From: an uncultured cyanobacterium
Lineage (GTDB): Bacteria > Cyanobacteriota > Cyanobacteriia > Phormidesmidales > Phormidesmidaceae
Assembly: GCA_963793265.1 (NCBI GenBank)
Contig: CAWBZI010000001.1
Span: 992,001 to 1,056,000, forward strand
Length of the DNA stretch: 64,000 nt
Reading direction: 5' to 3'
Shown here: positions 41,355 to 50,657 of the stretch, in pieces
Numbering within the stretch: the first letter of the stretch is position 1
Layout: each line of letters opens with the position of its first letter
Program-made: the position numbers and the translations under genes
Notes under the pieces: model-generated
Seen by the model: only the letters and a program-made list of their open reading frames with translations
The model's database searches: none
Told to the model about the DNA's origin: nothing

Positions 41355-41382
41355 GTAGGGGCGTAAGGTCTTACGCCCTCCG
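41355..41382 (+). repeat. GTAG-type REP-like palindrome, copy 2
   Basis: GTAGGGGCGTAAG-gt-CTTACGCCCTCCG, just after the pstB stop. Confidence 0.7.
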
Positions 41383-41402
41383 ACACAGCAAGTCATTCCA
41401 AC

Positions 41403-41448
41403 AAAACAGCTATGAGAGGATTGCAAAACCCCTTTCATCGCTGTTTTT
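41403..41448. terminator. Probable bidirectional terminator
   Basis: AAAACAGC.ATGAGAGG...CCTTTCAT.GCTGTTTTT between convergent genes. Confidence 0.6.
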
Positions 41449-41747
41449 CATTGCAATCGCCTAAGCAAGCTGATAGCCGCACCTTGATCCGGGGTGATAA
41501 CAACGCGATCGCCCACCGCCGCCACCGGGCTCCACAGCGAAGACTCCGCATAGTTCAACACATGTAGCTGGTGAATCGCCCGATGAATCGCCTCAGGAGA
41601 ACCCACTAAAATATGCCGCAGTTCCTCCTGAGCACAGCGCCCACCAGAGGTGCGATCGCCTCGACTACGTTCAGTTCTTAAACAATTCTGAGCAGCAGAC
41701 TCTACCGCCAATGACAGCGGGAAGACAGTTAAATCAAGCATTCTCAC
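41448..41747 (-). CDS. Small hypothetical protein
   Basis: LRHILVGSPEAIHRAIHQLHVLNYAE..WSP resembles a recurrent cyanobacterial family; start uncertain. Confidence 0.65.
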   Translation of the reverse strand: MRMLDLTVFPLSLAVESAAQNCLRTERSRGDRTSGGRCAQEELRHILVGSPEAIHRAIHQLHVLNYAESSLWSPVAAVGDRVVITPDQGAAISLLRRLQ

Positions 41748-42167
41748 GATTTCTCCGATAGCAGTTTAGAAGAAAGCGCGAAAACTTAGCCGCCCCAACT
41801 TGTCAAAAGTCAGGGCGGCTATGGCATCATAGGCCATAACCACTCGACTGGTAGTTGCAGTTGAGGGGCGAGCGGGCGGTGATTGGGCTCAATCAATCAT
41901 CGTCTGCGGCTGCTAAATTTTCGGGCGGTATAGTGTTGCATTAGCCTTTAACAAGCAAACAACAGCTATAAGAAATAGCGTATCAGTATTTTTCAAAACG
42001 CGCCAACTATTTTTGACAGGGTTTGATGACGAATGCGGAAGGGCGATCGCCTTCCGTCACCAAAGCAGCCTACAATTAAACAGCATCTACCTTCAAAAAC
42101 GGCAGCGAACTCGACACATGTGAGTAAGTAGCAAAACTGACTGAAACATCAAAGAAGGAATAGGCAT

Positions 42168-42818
42168 ATGGCGGCGTTTCAAATATCGCAGCTTGATATT
42201 AAGCCCGGCCACAGGGTATGCCTCAATAACGTGAACTGGGGGCAGTTCAAAGACGTTTTAGGGGATCTGTGCGATCGCCGCGCCACAAAAATTGCCTACA
42301 GCAACGGAAATCTAGAAATTATGGTTTCGCAGCCCGAGCACGAAGAAAACAAAGAGATTATCAGCGACTTACTCAAAGCCCTACTCGAAGAACTCAACCT
42401 AGAATTTAGAGCCCTCGGCTCAACCACCTTCGAGCAACAAGCCACCCTCAAAGCCATCCAGCCCGACCAGTGCTTCTACATCCAAAACGAGGCCACCATT
42501 AGAGGCAAACGCCGCCTCAGCCTTAATGTAGACCCGCCCCCTGACCTTGCCATAGAAATTGATGTGGCCTCTCGCACTCATCTTGAAATTTATCAGGCCT
42601 TGGGCGTGTCGGAGGTGTGGCAGTTTAAGCGCGATCGCCTCACAATGCATAAGCTGTGGCAAGGCAAATACGTGGAAGTAAAAGAAAGCCCCATCTTTCC
42701 AAATCTTCCTCTCAAAGAGCTAATTCCCTATTGTTTAGAACAAAGCCGAACGCTAGGTAGAAACGTTGTGATACGAGACTTTCGGCTATGGGTTAAAGAC
42801 AAAATTAAGGCGCAATAG
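42168..42818 (+). CDS. Uma2-family endonuclease
   Basis: LEIMV..HE..LGSTTF..QPDQCFY..PPPDLAIEID..LGVSEVW. Confidence 0.92.
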   Translation: MAAFQISQLDIKPGHRVCLNNVNWGQFKDVLGDLCDRRATKIAYSNGNLEIMVSQPEHEENKEIISDLLKALLEELNLEFRALGSTTFEQQATLKAIQPDQCFYIQNEATIRGKRRLSLNVDPPPDLAIEIDVASRTHLEIYQALGVSEVWQFKRDRLTMHKLWQGKYVEVKESPIFPNLPLKELIPYCLEQSRTLGRNVVIRDFRLWVKDKIKAQ

Positions 42819-42854
42819 CGATTTCTCTTCAAGAGCATCGATCAGCTTCTTAAG

Positions 42855-43238
42855 TCAACTTGATGTTTCGGACGAATCGATAGGTAAATGACGTAATCTA
42901 TATCGACCATCTTCAATTGTCACCAATGCACCAGATCTTAGAGCTTGATCGCATTCAGCAATGACCGATATCACTCTAGAGGTAACAAAGTTTGGAGTCG
43001 TATTCTTAAGTCGTAAGATTATTGTACTAGGAAGTGAAGTTGCTGTTGCCGCTAACAAATCTGCAAAATCTAGATCGAACGTTATGATAATTCGCTCTTC
43101 TCTTAGAGCTTTCTGCACAATCTCAGAATCTCTCATCCGAAACAAGCCCTGCTCGGACAGGTGAACTGCATCATATTCGCGCTTGCATAAGGACTCTACT
43201 GTTCTAGGCGAAACTCCCATATCTGCTAAGAACTTCAT
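42855..43238 (-). CDS. DUF5615 PIN-like toxin
   Basis: MKFLADMGVS..DAVH..D.EI..A..EERIIITFDLDF. Confidence 0.88.
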   Translation of the reverse strand: MKFLADMGVSPRTVESLCKREYDAVHLSEQGLFRMRDSEIVQKALREERIIITFDLDFADLLAATATSLPSTIILRLKNTTPNFVTSRVISVIAECDQALRSGALVTIEDGRYRLRHLPIDSSETSS

Positions 43239-43462
43239 GCAGCACTACCGAGCGGATGTACTTCTTCACTCGCTAAAAACACCGCATATTGCAAGCAAGC
43301 TGAGATATCTTCTTTTTCTAGATAAGGATAGTCTTGCAGTATCTCTTCAACAGACATTTGATTCGCTAGCAAGCTGAGCACTAAGGAAACGGTAACGCGC
43401 ATCCCTCTTACACAGGCCCGGCCGCCCATCACATTAGAATCAAAAGTAATTCGATCAAACAT
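43235..43462 (-). CDS. DUF433 antitoxin
   Basis: RITFDSNVMGGRACVRGMRVTV..ILQDYPYLEKEDISACLQYA; ATGA overlap with the toxin gene. Confidence 0.92.
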   Translation of the reverse strand: MFDRITFDSNVMGGRACVRGMRVTVSLVLSLLANQMSVEEILQDYPYLEKEDISACLQYAVFLASEEVHPLGSAA

Positions 43463-43560
43463 AGCTACCTTTTGTAGTTGCAGTTACACACATAACGCAC
43501 TCAGCACTCTCAGCTAAGCCACTCTAGCGTTCATTTTTGGGCTATCTATCACAAACACTA

Positions 43561-44058
43561 TTAATCTGATACGCCTGCGATCGCACCCAAAGCCTCCGCA
43601 TACTTCTCCAAACCAGACCTCAACGCATCTAACTCACCGCGCACCACCATTTCCTTATCCCAAGCCTTCTCGTGCACTTGAGGACTTACCCCTGCATCCC
43701 GCGTCTCTTCCCATTCTTGCAATAGGGGATGCCACTTTGCTAAAAAAGGACGTAGGCCGTTATTAAGAACCGCGATCGCAATTCCCCCCACCGAATCATG
43801 CGAAGCGCCCACCCCTGGCCCCGCCTTCCGCAAAATCTCCCGCGTTGAGCCAAACAAGCTATACAGCGAATTCATCGCCTCGCGCACCAGCCCTTCTTGT
43901 GGATGCAAACTCTGCACCGCCACCCGCGTTACCAGCTCCACATACAGCTCCCAAGCCGCATTCCGCTCAGTCGGATCAGCCTTCCAAGTCGCTCCGCCAA
44001 TGCCAAATGGCAAATTCACAGTCACTTCTTTGAGCACAGCGGGATCGCGTTTCGGCAT
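43561..44058 (-). CDS. Hypothetical protein
   Basis: Clean 165-aa ORF (LPFGIG..AAWELYVELVTR..LRPFLAKWHP); function not recognised. Confidence 0.75.
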   Translation of the reverse strand: MPKRDPAVLKEVTVNLPFGIGGATWKADPTERNAAWELYVELVTRVAVQSLHPQEGLVREAMNSLYSLFGSTREILRKAGPGVGASHDSVGGIAIAVLNNGLRPFLAKWHPLLQEWEETRDAGVSPQVHEKAWDKEMVVRGELDALRSGLEKYAEALGAIAGVSD

Positions 44059-44173
44059 ATTAGTGAGGGAGTAGTCAATTTGCTCCGATTATAGAATGAT
44101 TAGCCACCACTGCAGGGTTCATTATGTGTGGTAACTGGCTGAACTAGCACCGTTGGTGTGGAGTCGTGTTCCA

Positions 44174-44263
44174 TTCCACTCCCTCGACTCCGATGAGCTT
44201 AGGCAAAAAATTGAAGACTTTATTGAATCCATCGAACTTAATTCGACAGAAGATACAAAATGA
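44174..44263 (+). pseudogene. Probable 3' remnant of a gene translationally coupled to ORF 44260
   Basis: Reads ..FHSLDSDELRQKIEDFIESIELNSTEDTK* with its TGA overlapping the next ATG (ATGA); no full-length ORF upstream. Confidence 0.4.
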
Positions 44264-44544
44264 ACCTTAATGAGCTGCCTGGCGCAGAGTTTATTCTTCC
44301 TGGACTAGAAGATCTTAGGCAGGGAGAAAATAATACAATTGGAGCGTTACTAATTGCGATCGCCCCCACCCGCCTCACCAAAGCAGGTCTTGCCATCCCT
44401 CAAACGCCTTTAGCACCTGAACCCGAACTAACCCTATACGCCCACCTTAAAAAAGAGCACACCGACGCCTATCCTTACTACAACGCCTTACTCACACGCC
44501 TCAACAGCTTTTGCAATGCGCTCGAACTACTGAATAGACAATAG
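44260..44544 (+). CDS. Hypothetical protein
   Basis: MNLNELPGAEFILPGLEDL..DAYPYYNALLTRLNSFCNALE. Confidence 0.75.
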   Translation: MNLNELPGAEFILPGLEDLRQGENNTIGALLIAIAPTRLTKAGLAIPQTPLAPEPELTLYAHLKKEHTDAYPYYNALLTRLNSFCNALELLNRQ

Positions 44545-44548
44545 AAGT

Positions 44549-45361
44549 ATGGACTGCCCTAAAATTCCGATGTCTTACGACGAATTCGACACGATGGAGC
44601 ATCTTTTGGGATGGAAGACAGAATACTGGGATGGCTGTGCGCATCTGAGCCCTCGCGAAATGGGCATAGAAACTCGCTTAGCTCTACCAGCTTCCTCATC
44701 GGTAGAGCCAAGTCTCGAAGCATTCATATCTATCACCCCAGACTCTAGCTACAGCCAACAGATAATAGACGGCTACATTGCATCTTTTATCAACTCCGTT
44801 GAGTTCTGTGGCTGGCCAACTGACAGAATCTTTGAAGAAGCACATGACGATATCGCGCTGTACTTTGGAAACAAGCGAGGAAAACCACTCTCGGCTTCTG
44901 TAATTCTGCTAGAACCAGAAACCCAATGGGTTATTGCCACCGCTTTGGTAACCGACAAATCAAAGCAGGGCGCTTGTTTAGAACTCTTGTATGTTCGTCC
45001 GCCCTATCAAAGGCAGGGCATAGGTAGCCATATTATTCGTCACATTACGCATACGCTCAGCAAGCAAGGCTACTCACAGCTTGCAAGCCGTTATCATATC
45101 TGCAATTTTCAGAGCCGTCAGTTCTATCACAAGCTTGGGTTTCAGGATGTGCGCGATCGCTACACCCTACCCACCTACATCGCTTGGCTCAGAAACGAAA
45201 TCCATAGAAAAGAAAGTCTCAAAATGCTCGACGGCATAGAAGAAATGAAACAAGAACAGAAACAGCTACGAAATAAGCTCGACAGATTAGAAGAAGAATT
45301 TGCACAAAGTATTCGCGAAGCCCTCGAAGAGGCCAAATCTTTAAAACCAGAAGTTCATTAG
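44549..45361 (+). CDS. GNAT N-acetyltransferase with coiled-coil tail
   Basis: LYVRPPYQRQGIGS, N..SRQFYHKLGF. Confidence 0.88.
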   Translation: MDCPKIPMSYDEFDTMEHLLGWKTEYWDGCAHLSPREMGIETRLALPASSSVEPSLEAFISITPDSSYSQQIIDGYIASFINSVEFCGWPTDRIFEEAHDDIALYFGNKRGKPLSASVILLEPETQWVIATALVTDKSKQGACLELLYVRPPYQRQGIGSHIIRHITHTLSKQGYSQLASRYHICNFQSRQFYHKLGFQDVRDRYTLPTYIAWLRNEIHRKESLKMLDGIEEMKQEQKQLRNKLDRLEEEFAQSIREALEEAKSLKPEVH

Positions 45362-45505
45362 TAATGATTAGCTTTGACAGGATAATAGAGCACTTGATGC
45401 TGAGTTCTGCCCTATGATGCTCCCACTCAATGACAATCGGTTTGCATTTCAGTTTACCTATGCTCTGATGTACTACTATTTACACAACTCAACGAGCTAT
45501 TTTGG

Positions 45506-45742
45506 ATGCCTACGCTTCTTACAGTCGGGCCGTATCGCTTCTTTTGCTACGCAGGCAATCGCGACGAACCGCCTCATGTACATATTGAGCGAGATAATGA
45601 TGAAGCAAAATATTGGCTCGATCCAGTTCGCCTTCAACGAAACAAAGGATTCAGCCGCCCCGAACTGAACCGCATCCAGAAGCTTGTAGAAGATAACAAA
45701 GATAAATTACTAGAGGGTTGGAATGAATTCTTCAACGATTGA
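45506..45742 (+). CDS. DUF4160 family protein
   Basis: MPTL..GPYRFF..EPPHVHI..EAKYWL..WNEFF. Confidence 0.88.
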   Translation: MPTLLTVGPYRFFCYAGNRDEPPHVHIERDNDEAKYWLDPVRLQRNKGFSRPELNRIQKLVEDNKDKLLEGWNEFFND

Positions 45743-46022
45743 ACTTCTCGAAGTCCCAACGATTCAAAAGCTTTGTCTTGATGACGAAACACTTACCGTA
45801 GATTTATCTGACGGTCGTACTATTTCTGTCCCACTTTCTTGGTATCCGAGGCTAGTGCATGGTTCAGACGCAGAACGTAATAACTACAGGTTCATAGGTG
45901 GCGGCAGCGGCATTCACTGGAATGAGCTGGATGAAGATATCAGCATACAAAATCTCATCATTGGACAGCCTTCTGGAGAAAGCCAAAAGTCGTTTCGACG
46001 GTGGTTAGATATGAGAAGCTGA
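45723..46022 (+). CDS. DUF2442 family protein
   Basis: LTVDLSDGRTISVPLSWYPRL..GIHWNELDEDISI; overlaps the DUF4160 gene. Confidence 0.9.
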   Translation: MNSSTIELLEVPTIQKLCLDDETLTVDLSDGRTISVPLSWYPRLVHGSDAERNNYRFIGGGSGIHWNELDEDISIQNLIIGQPSGESQKSFRRWLDMRS

Positions 46023-46071
46023 GAGGGATATTGCCTTTACGCCATAGATATTTGAGACAACGCGCATATAG

Positions 46072-46335
46072 CTATGACAGTAAATTGTCTAATGTAGCGC
46101 GATCACTCTCCAAGTCAGCCATATCAAAAGGCGGCTCAGCATCTTCCTGTGAAAGAAAATCATAAGTCTCCCATCTCGAAGTAAACCCCAGCATTTGACG
46201 CACCCCACCAGCCCCAACAAGTCCCTTTCGATAAGCTTCTACAGCTAACAATTCTAGGGATCGACGAGTCAGCGTTTCATAGCTTTCAGAAATCTGCGAC
46301 GCAATACCATCAGGAATCTCAATTGTTATCTGCAT
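46072..46335 (-). CDS. UPF0175 family protein
   Basis: MQITIEIPD..LAVEAYRKG..LGFTSRWETYDFL..DLESD. Confidence 0.85.
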   Translation of the reverse strand: MQITIEIPDGIASQISESYETLTRRSLELLAVEAYRKGLVGAGGVRQMLGFTSRWETYDFLSQEDAEPPFDMADLESDRATLDNLLS

Positions 46336-46419
46336 ACCTGTTAAGCCTACAACATCTGCCTTTTACATCATAGATGCGATCCTCTTCAGTACGCAATTTG
46401 CGAAGACCTAACCATCAAC

Positions 46420-47922
46420 TTAGTTTGAAATATCAAATTTACTATACAAAAATTCCAATGTCTCTTCGTCTCTAAGCCTACAGATCGTCCCTACATGCGC
46501 AAATAAGCCCGTAGCCCAGAGAGCCTGCTCCTTCGGCAGCGTCTTCAGCCAATCCACACGCGCCACCCATTCCGACAGTTCTAAATTGTTGCTGTTTTGC
46601 GCGAGTCCTTCCGCCTCTAAATCCATATCAAGCAGCGGCGTATTTTCCGAACCCACCGTAAATGATTTAATAGGCACCGCTGCCTCGACAACCCTGCCAT
46701 AGCCGACATAGCCTCTACCACCCACATAAGCAAAAAAGGTGCTGCCTACCTCCAGTTTTCGCATAGCAGCCGCAAGCTTTGCGCTCTGCCCCGCACTAAT
46801 AAATCCATACTTCTGACAGTCCGCCCAAGACCTTTGGTTTTTACCCACTCCTACATTAATAAACCAATCGCCAATCCACTCTATTTTAAGTTCTTCACTC
46901 TCTCCACCGTTTTCAGCACCTATTGAATTTTCGCTGCTAAACTCTTTGCGCAAGAAATCTAGAGTTCTCTTATGCCTGAGCTTGCATACCACGTTCGGGT
47001 TTGCAAACGCGCCAACAAACCGGTGGGCTTCCTGCTTCGGAAAAGTTTTGAGCCACTTTACACCAACAACCCATTCTGAGAGTTCTAAGTTATCACTGTT
47101 TTCGGCAGGCTTCTCCGCTCTCAATTTCACATTCAGCAGAGGTGTATTTTCTTGTCCTACAGTAAACTCTTTAATAGGAACGGCTTGCTTGATAACTTCG
47201 CCCTGACCAACGTACCCTAAGCCTGAGATGTAGGCATAGATCGTACTACCAACATTCAAATTTTTAAGAGCATTAGAATAGACTGAGCCCTGTCCTGCGC
47301 TAATGAATCCATATTTTACGCAGTCCTCCCAAGTTCGGTAGTCGCCCTCGCCTACGTTAACAAACCAGTCTCCTGCCCATACTAAGTTTTCCACAGGAGG
47401 GCGCTCACGCTCTTTTACCGAGATCTCAAACTCGTTTTCTTCCGAATCTTCGCTATCTTCAATAGAAGGAGAGGCTATCTCATCATCGTTTGAAGAAGAC
47501 AATGAGGTAGCGTTGTCCGCTGTTATATGCAAATTAGATAGATACAAATTGACTTCTTCAAAGAAAGATTCTGGGGGTAGCAAGCCGTCTCTTGCATCAA
47601 AATGCTGAATATTGGCAACATTGAACCACCGCTCATCTTCCAAAAGAATAGGAAATATTTTCTTCTTCTGCTCTAGCGCAATAATTAATTCGCAATCTAC
47701 CCAGTGAGACTCAAGAGAACGAGGCGTCATAACAACTACAAAAACATGACACGCTTTTAGGTGCTTCCAAATCTCTTTTGCCCAAGACCTAGTACCTGGG
47801 GAGATCTGATCGTCCATCCAAACAGACAAACCTTTCACCCTAAAGGCCTCGGCTATTTGTTTTGCATATTTTTGATCCTGGCGGCTATAGCTAACAAAAA
47901 TAAATGGTGATGCTTTAGACAT
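46420..47922 (-). CDS. TIR domain protein with two tandem EVE/PUA-like domains
   Basis: IFVSYSRQD, VWMD, SHWVDCE TIR motifs; acidic linker; two repeats of about 147 aa (approx. 47379-46939 and 46878-46432). Confidence 0.8.
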   Translation of the reverse strand: MSKASPFIFVSYSRQDQKYAKQIAEAFRVKGLSVWMDDQISPGTRSWAKEIWKHLKACHVFVVVMTPRSLESHWVDCELIIALEQKKKIFPILLEDERWFNVANIQHFDARDGLLPPESFFEEVNLYLSNLHITADNATSLSSSNDDEIASPSIEDSEDSEENEFEISVKERERPPVENLVWAGDWFVNVGEGDYRTWEDCVKYGFISAGQGSVYSNALKNLNVGSTIYAYISGLGYVGQGEVIKQAVPIKEFTVGQENTPLLNVKLRAEKPAENSDNLELSEWVVGVKWLKTFPKQEAHRFVGAFANPNVVCKLRHKRTLDFLRKEFSSENSIGAENGGESEELKIEWIGDWFINVGVGKNQRSWADCQKYGFISAGQSAKLAAAMRKLEVGSTFFAYVGGRGYVGYGRVVEAAVPIKSFTVGSENTPLLDMDLEAEGLAQNSNNLELSEWVARVDWLKTLPKEQALWATGLFAHVGTICRLRDEETLEFLYSKFDISN

Positions 47923-48110
47923 TTTCCTTCGTTTCTTTATCCTGTAAACACGACGATCGCAATCGAATCGAGAGCAATACTCATAAAGGCTTTCAAAGTC
48001 TCTACTAGCATCTCCGTATGGAATTAAACATGCTCAATTAACTTTCCTCTATATTTTAGAGTAATCGCCTAATAGACTGTATCTGTGAATATCAAAGCTA
48101 TATTCAGTTT

Positions 48111-48360
48111 TTATACACAAAAGCGCTTACTGCGCCTAAACGGTCGCAAGGGCCTCAAGTCTTCCTTCATCGCAAAAAACCACTCAGCACCCTGGTACAA
48201 AGAGGAAAGCTCGCGGCTAAACCCAATACTCACAAGCTCAACAACTTCATCAGCTTTGTAAGCTTCCGTAACCCACAAGTTATCTTTTCTCATGTATCGC
48301 TCAACTGATAGCTGCCTCTGATGCATTAGTATATACTCTTCCAGATCTGGAATCGACAGC
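48111..48360 (-). pseudogene. C-terminal remnant of a Uma2-family endonuclease
   Basis: SIPDLEEYILMHQ..VERY..W..VELVSIGF..LSSLY; the N-terminal catalytic half is absent and the fragment begins at the psaB terminator. Confidence 0.7.
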
Positions 48361-48361
48361 A

Positions 48362-48396
48362 CAAAAACAAAGCCCCCCAGCAATGCTGAGAGGCTT
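48362..48396 (-). terminator. Rho-independent terminator of psaAB
   Basis: Minus strand AAGCCTCTCAGC-att-GCTGGGGGGCTT-TGTTTTTG. Confidence 0.75.
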
Positions 48397-48427
48397 CATC
48401 TTATCTATCTAACTGCGCTTTATAACC

Positions 48428-50632
48428 CTAGCCGAATCGACTAGACGTTGACGCAATCAAGAAGGCGGCGTAGGTCAGAATGTATCCCACCGTAAAGTGA
48501 GCCAGACCGATCAAGCGACCTTGAACAATAGACATTGCAACCGGCTTGTCCTTCCAACGAACCAGGTTAGCCAAAGGCGTACGCTCATGAGCCCAAACGA
48601 GGGTTTCAATAAGCTCTTGCCAATAACCACGCCAGGAGATGAGGAACATAAATCCAGTCGCCCAAACCAGGTGTCCAAAGAGGAACATCCAAGCCCAAAC
48701 AGCCAAATTATTCATCCCGTAGGGGTTATAGCCGTTGATTAGCTGAGAAGAGTTCAGCCAGAGATAGTCTCGCAGCCAGCCCATGAGGTAGTTAGAACTC
48801 TCATTGAACTGAGCGACGTTACCACTCCAAATCGACAGATGCTTCCAGTGCCAGTAAAAGGTCACCCAGCCAATGGTGTTGAGCATCCAGAACATCGCCA
48901 GGTAGAACGAATCCCACGCTGAGATGTCACAGGTGCCGCCACGACCAGGGCCGTCGCAAGGGAAGCTAAAGCCGAAGTCCTTTTTGTCGGGCATGAGCTT
49001 AGAGCCACGGCCATCCAACGCACCTTTGACCAAGATCAAAGTGGTGGTGTGCAGGCCGAGAGCGATCGCATGGTGAACCAAGAAGTCACCAGGCCCAATT
49101 GCCAAGAACAAAGAGTTGCTACCGCTGTTAATCGCATCCATCCAACCAGGGAGCCAAACGCCACTAGCAGCAGCATTGGCAACACTATCAGGGTTAGAAA
49201 GTAGCGTATCAAAGCCGTAAAGCGCTTTACCAGAAGCCGCCTGTACAAACTGTGCGAACACAGGCTCTACGAGGATTTGCTTCTCAGGGGTACCAAAGGC
49301 AACCACAACGTCGTTATGGACGTAGAGTCCGAGCGTGTGGAAACCGAGGAACAAAGAAACCCAGCTCAGGTGAGAGATGATTGCTTCTTTGTGGTCGAGC
49401 ACTCGTGCGAGCACGTTGTTCTCATTCGCCGCAGGATCGTAGTCCCGAATCAAGAAGATTGCACCGTGAGCAAATGCCCCCACCATGATGAAGCCAGCAA
49501 TGTACTGGTGGTGAGTGTATAGCGCAGCCTGAGTAGTGAAGTCCTGAGCCATGAAGGCATAAGGAGGCAGCGCATACATGTGCTGAGCAACCAGAGACGT
49601 GATAACGCCCAAAGAAGCCAGCGCCAAAGCAAGCTGGAAGTGCAGCGAGTTGTTCAACGTGTCGTAAAGACCGGTGTGACCTGCACCCAAACCGCCATTA
49701 GGAGGACGGTGAGTGTTCAGAATCTCTTTGATGCTGTGACCAATACCGAAGTTCGTCCGGTACATGTGGCCAGCAATGATGAAGATGACCGCGATCGCCA
49801 GATGGTGATGCGCCATATCCGTCAGCCACAAAGATTGCGTCTGAGGATGGAAGCCACCCAAGAAGGTCAAAATCGCGTCGCCAGAACCCGTAGAAGTACC
49901 AAAGAGATGGCCAGCCGTATCAGGGTTTTGGGCGTAAGCGCCCCAATTGCCTGTAAAGAACGGTCTTAGACCCTCGGGGTGAGGCTTCATCGTCAGGAAG
50001 TTATCCCAGCCGACATGCACACCGCGAGACTCAGGAATCGCTACGTGAACAAGGTGGCCCGTCCAAGCCAAAGAGCTGACGCCGAACAAACCAGCCAGGT
50101 GGTGGTTGAGGCGAGATTCAGCATTCTTAAACCAGGACAAGCTAGGGCGAAACTTGGGCTGAAGGTGTAGCCAACCTGCAAACAGCATCACTGCTGCGAG
50201 GCCAAGCAGACCGACTGCGCCAGTATACAAATCGCCGTTCGTGCGCATCCCGATGGTGTACCACCAGTGATAAACGCCCGAGTAAGCAATGTTCACAGGC
50301 GTGCTAGAGCCAGCTTGGCTAAAAGCATCGACTGCGGCCTGACCAAAGTGAGGATCCCAAATCGCGTGGGCGATGGGCTTCACATTGAGCGGGTCTTGAA
50401 TCCACTGAGGAAAGTTGCCTTGCCAAGCGACGTGGAACAGGTTGCCAGAAGTCCACAGGAAGATGATCGCCAGGTGACCGAAGTGAGAAGCAAAAATCTT
50501 TTGGTAAAGATTCTCTTCTGTCATCCCGTCATGGGTTTCAAAGTCGTGAGCTGTCGCAATCCCGTACCAGATCCGACGAGTTGTCGGATCTTGTGCCAGG
50601 CTTTGGCTAAATTTTGGAAATTTAGTTGCCAT
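48428..50632 (-). CDS. psaB: Photosystem I core protein PsaB
   Basis: [37 protein letters not shown]. Confidence 0.99.
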   Translation of the reverse strand: MATKFPKFSQSLAQDPTTRRIWYGIATAHDFETHDGMTEENLYQKIFASHFGHLAIIFLWTSGNLFHVAWQGNFPQWIQDPLNVKPIAHAIWDPHFGQAAVDAFSQAGSSTPVNIAYSGVYHWWYTIGMRTNGDLYTGAVGLLGLAAVMLFAGWLHLQPKFRPSLSWFKNAESRLNHHLAGLFGVSSLAWTGHLVHVAIPESRGVHVGWDNFLTMKPHPEGLRPFFTGNWGAYAQNPDTAGHLFGTSTGSGDAILTFLGGFHPQTQSLWLTDMAHHHLAIAVIFIIAGHMYRTNFGIGHSIKEILNTHRPPNGGLGAGHTGLYDTLNNSLHFQLALALASLGVITSLVAQHMYALPPYAFMAQDFTTQAALYTHHQYIAGFIMVGAFAHGAIFLIRDYDPAANENNVLARVLDHKEAIISHLSWVSLFLGFHTLGLYVHNDVVVAFGTPEKQILVEPVFAQFVQAASGKALYGFDTLLSNPDSVANAAASGVWLPGWMDAINSGSNSLFLAIGPGDFLVHHAIALGLHTTTLILVKGALDGRGSKLMPDKKDFGFSFPCDGPGRGGTCDISAWDSFYLAMFWMLNTIGWVTFYWHWKHLSIWSGNVAQFNESSNYLMGWLRDYLWLNSSQLINGYNPYGMNNLAVWAWMFLFGHLVWATGFMFLISWRGYWQELIETLVWAHERTPLANLVRWKDKPVAMSIVQGRLIGLAHFTVGYILTYAAFLIASTSSRFG

Positions 50633-50657
50633 ACGTTTTTAGAGTCCTCCGCGCTCC

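Noticed and set aside
42168..48383. Integron cassette array, prophage or IS element
   Set aside because: Orientations are mixed, and I saw no recurring attC-like sites, integrase, transposase, phage genes or terminal inverted repeats
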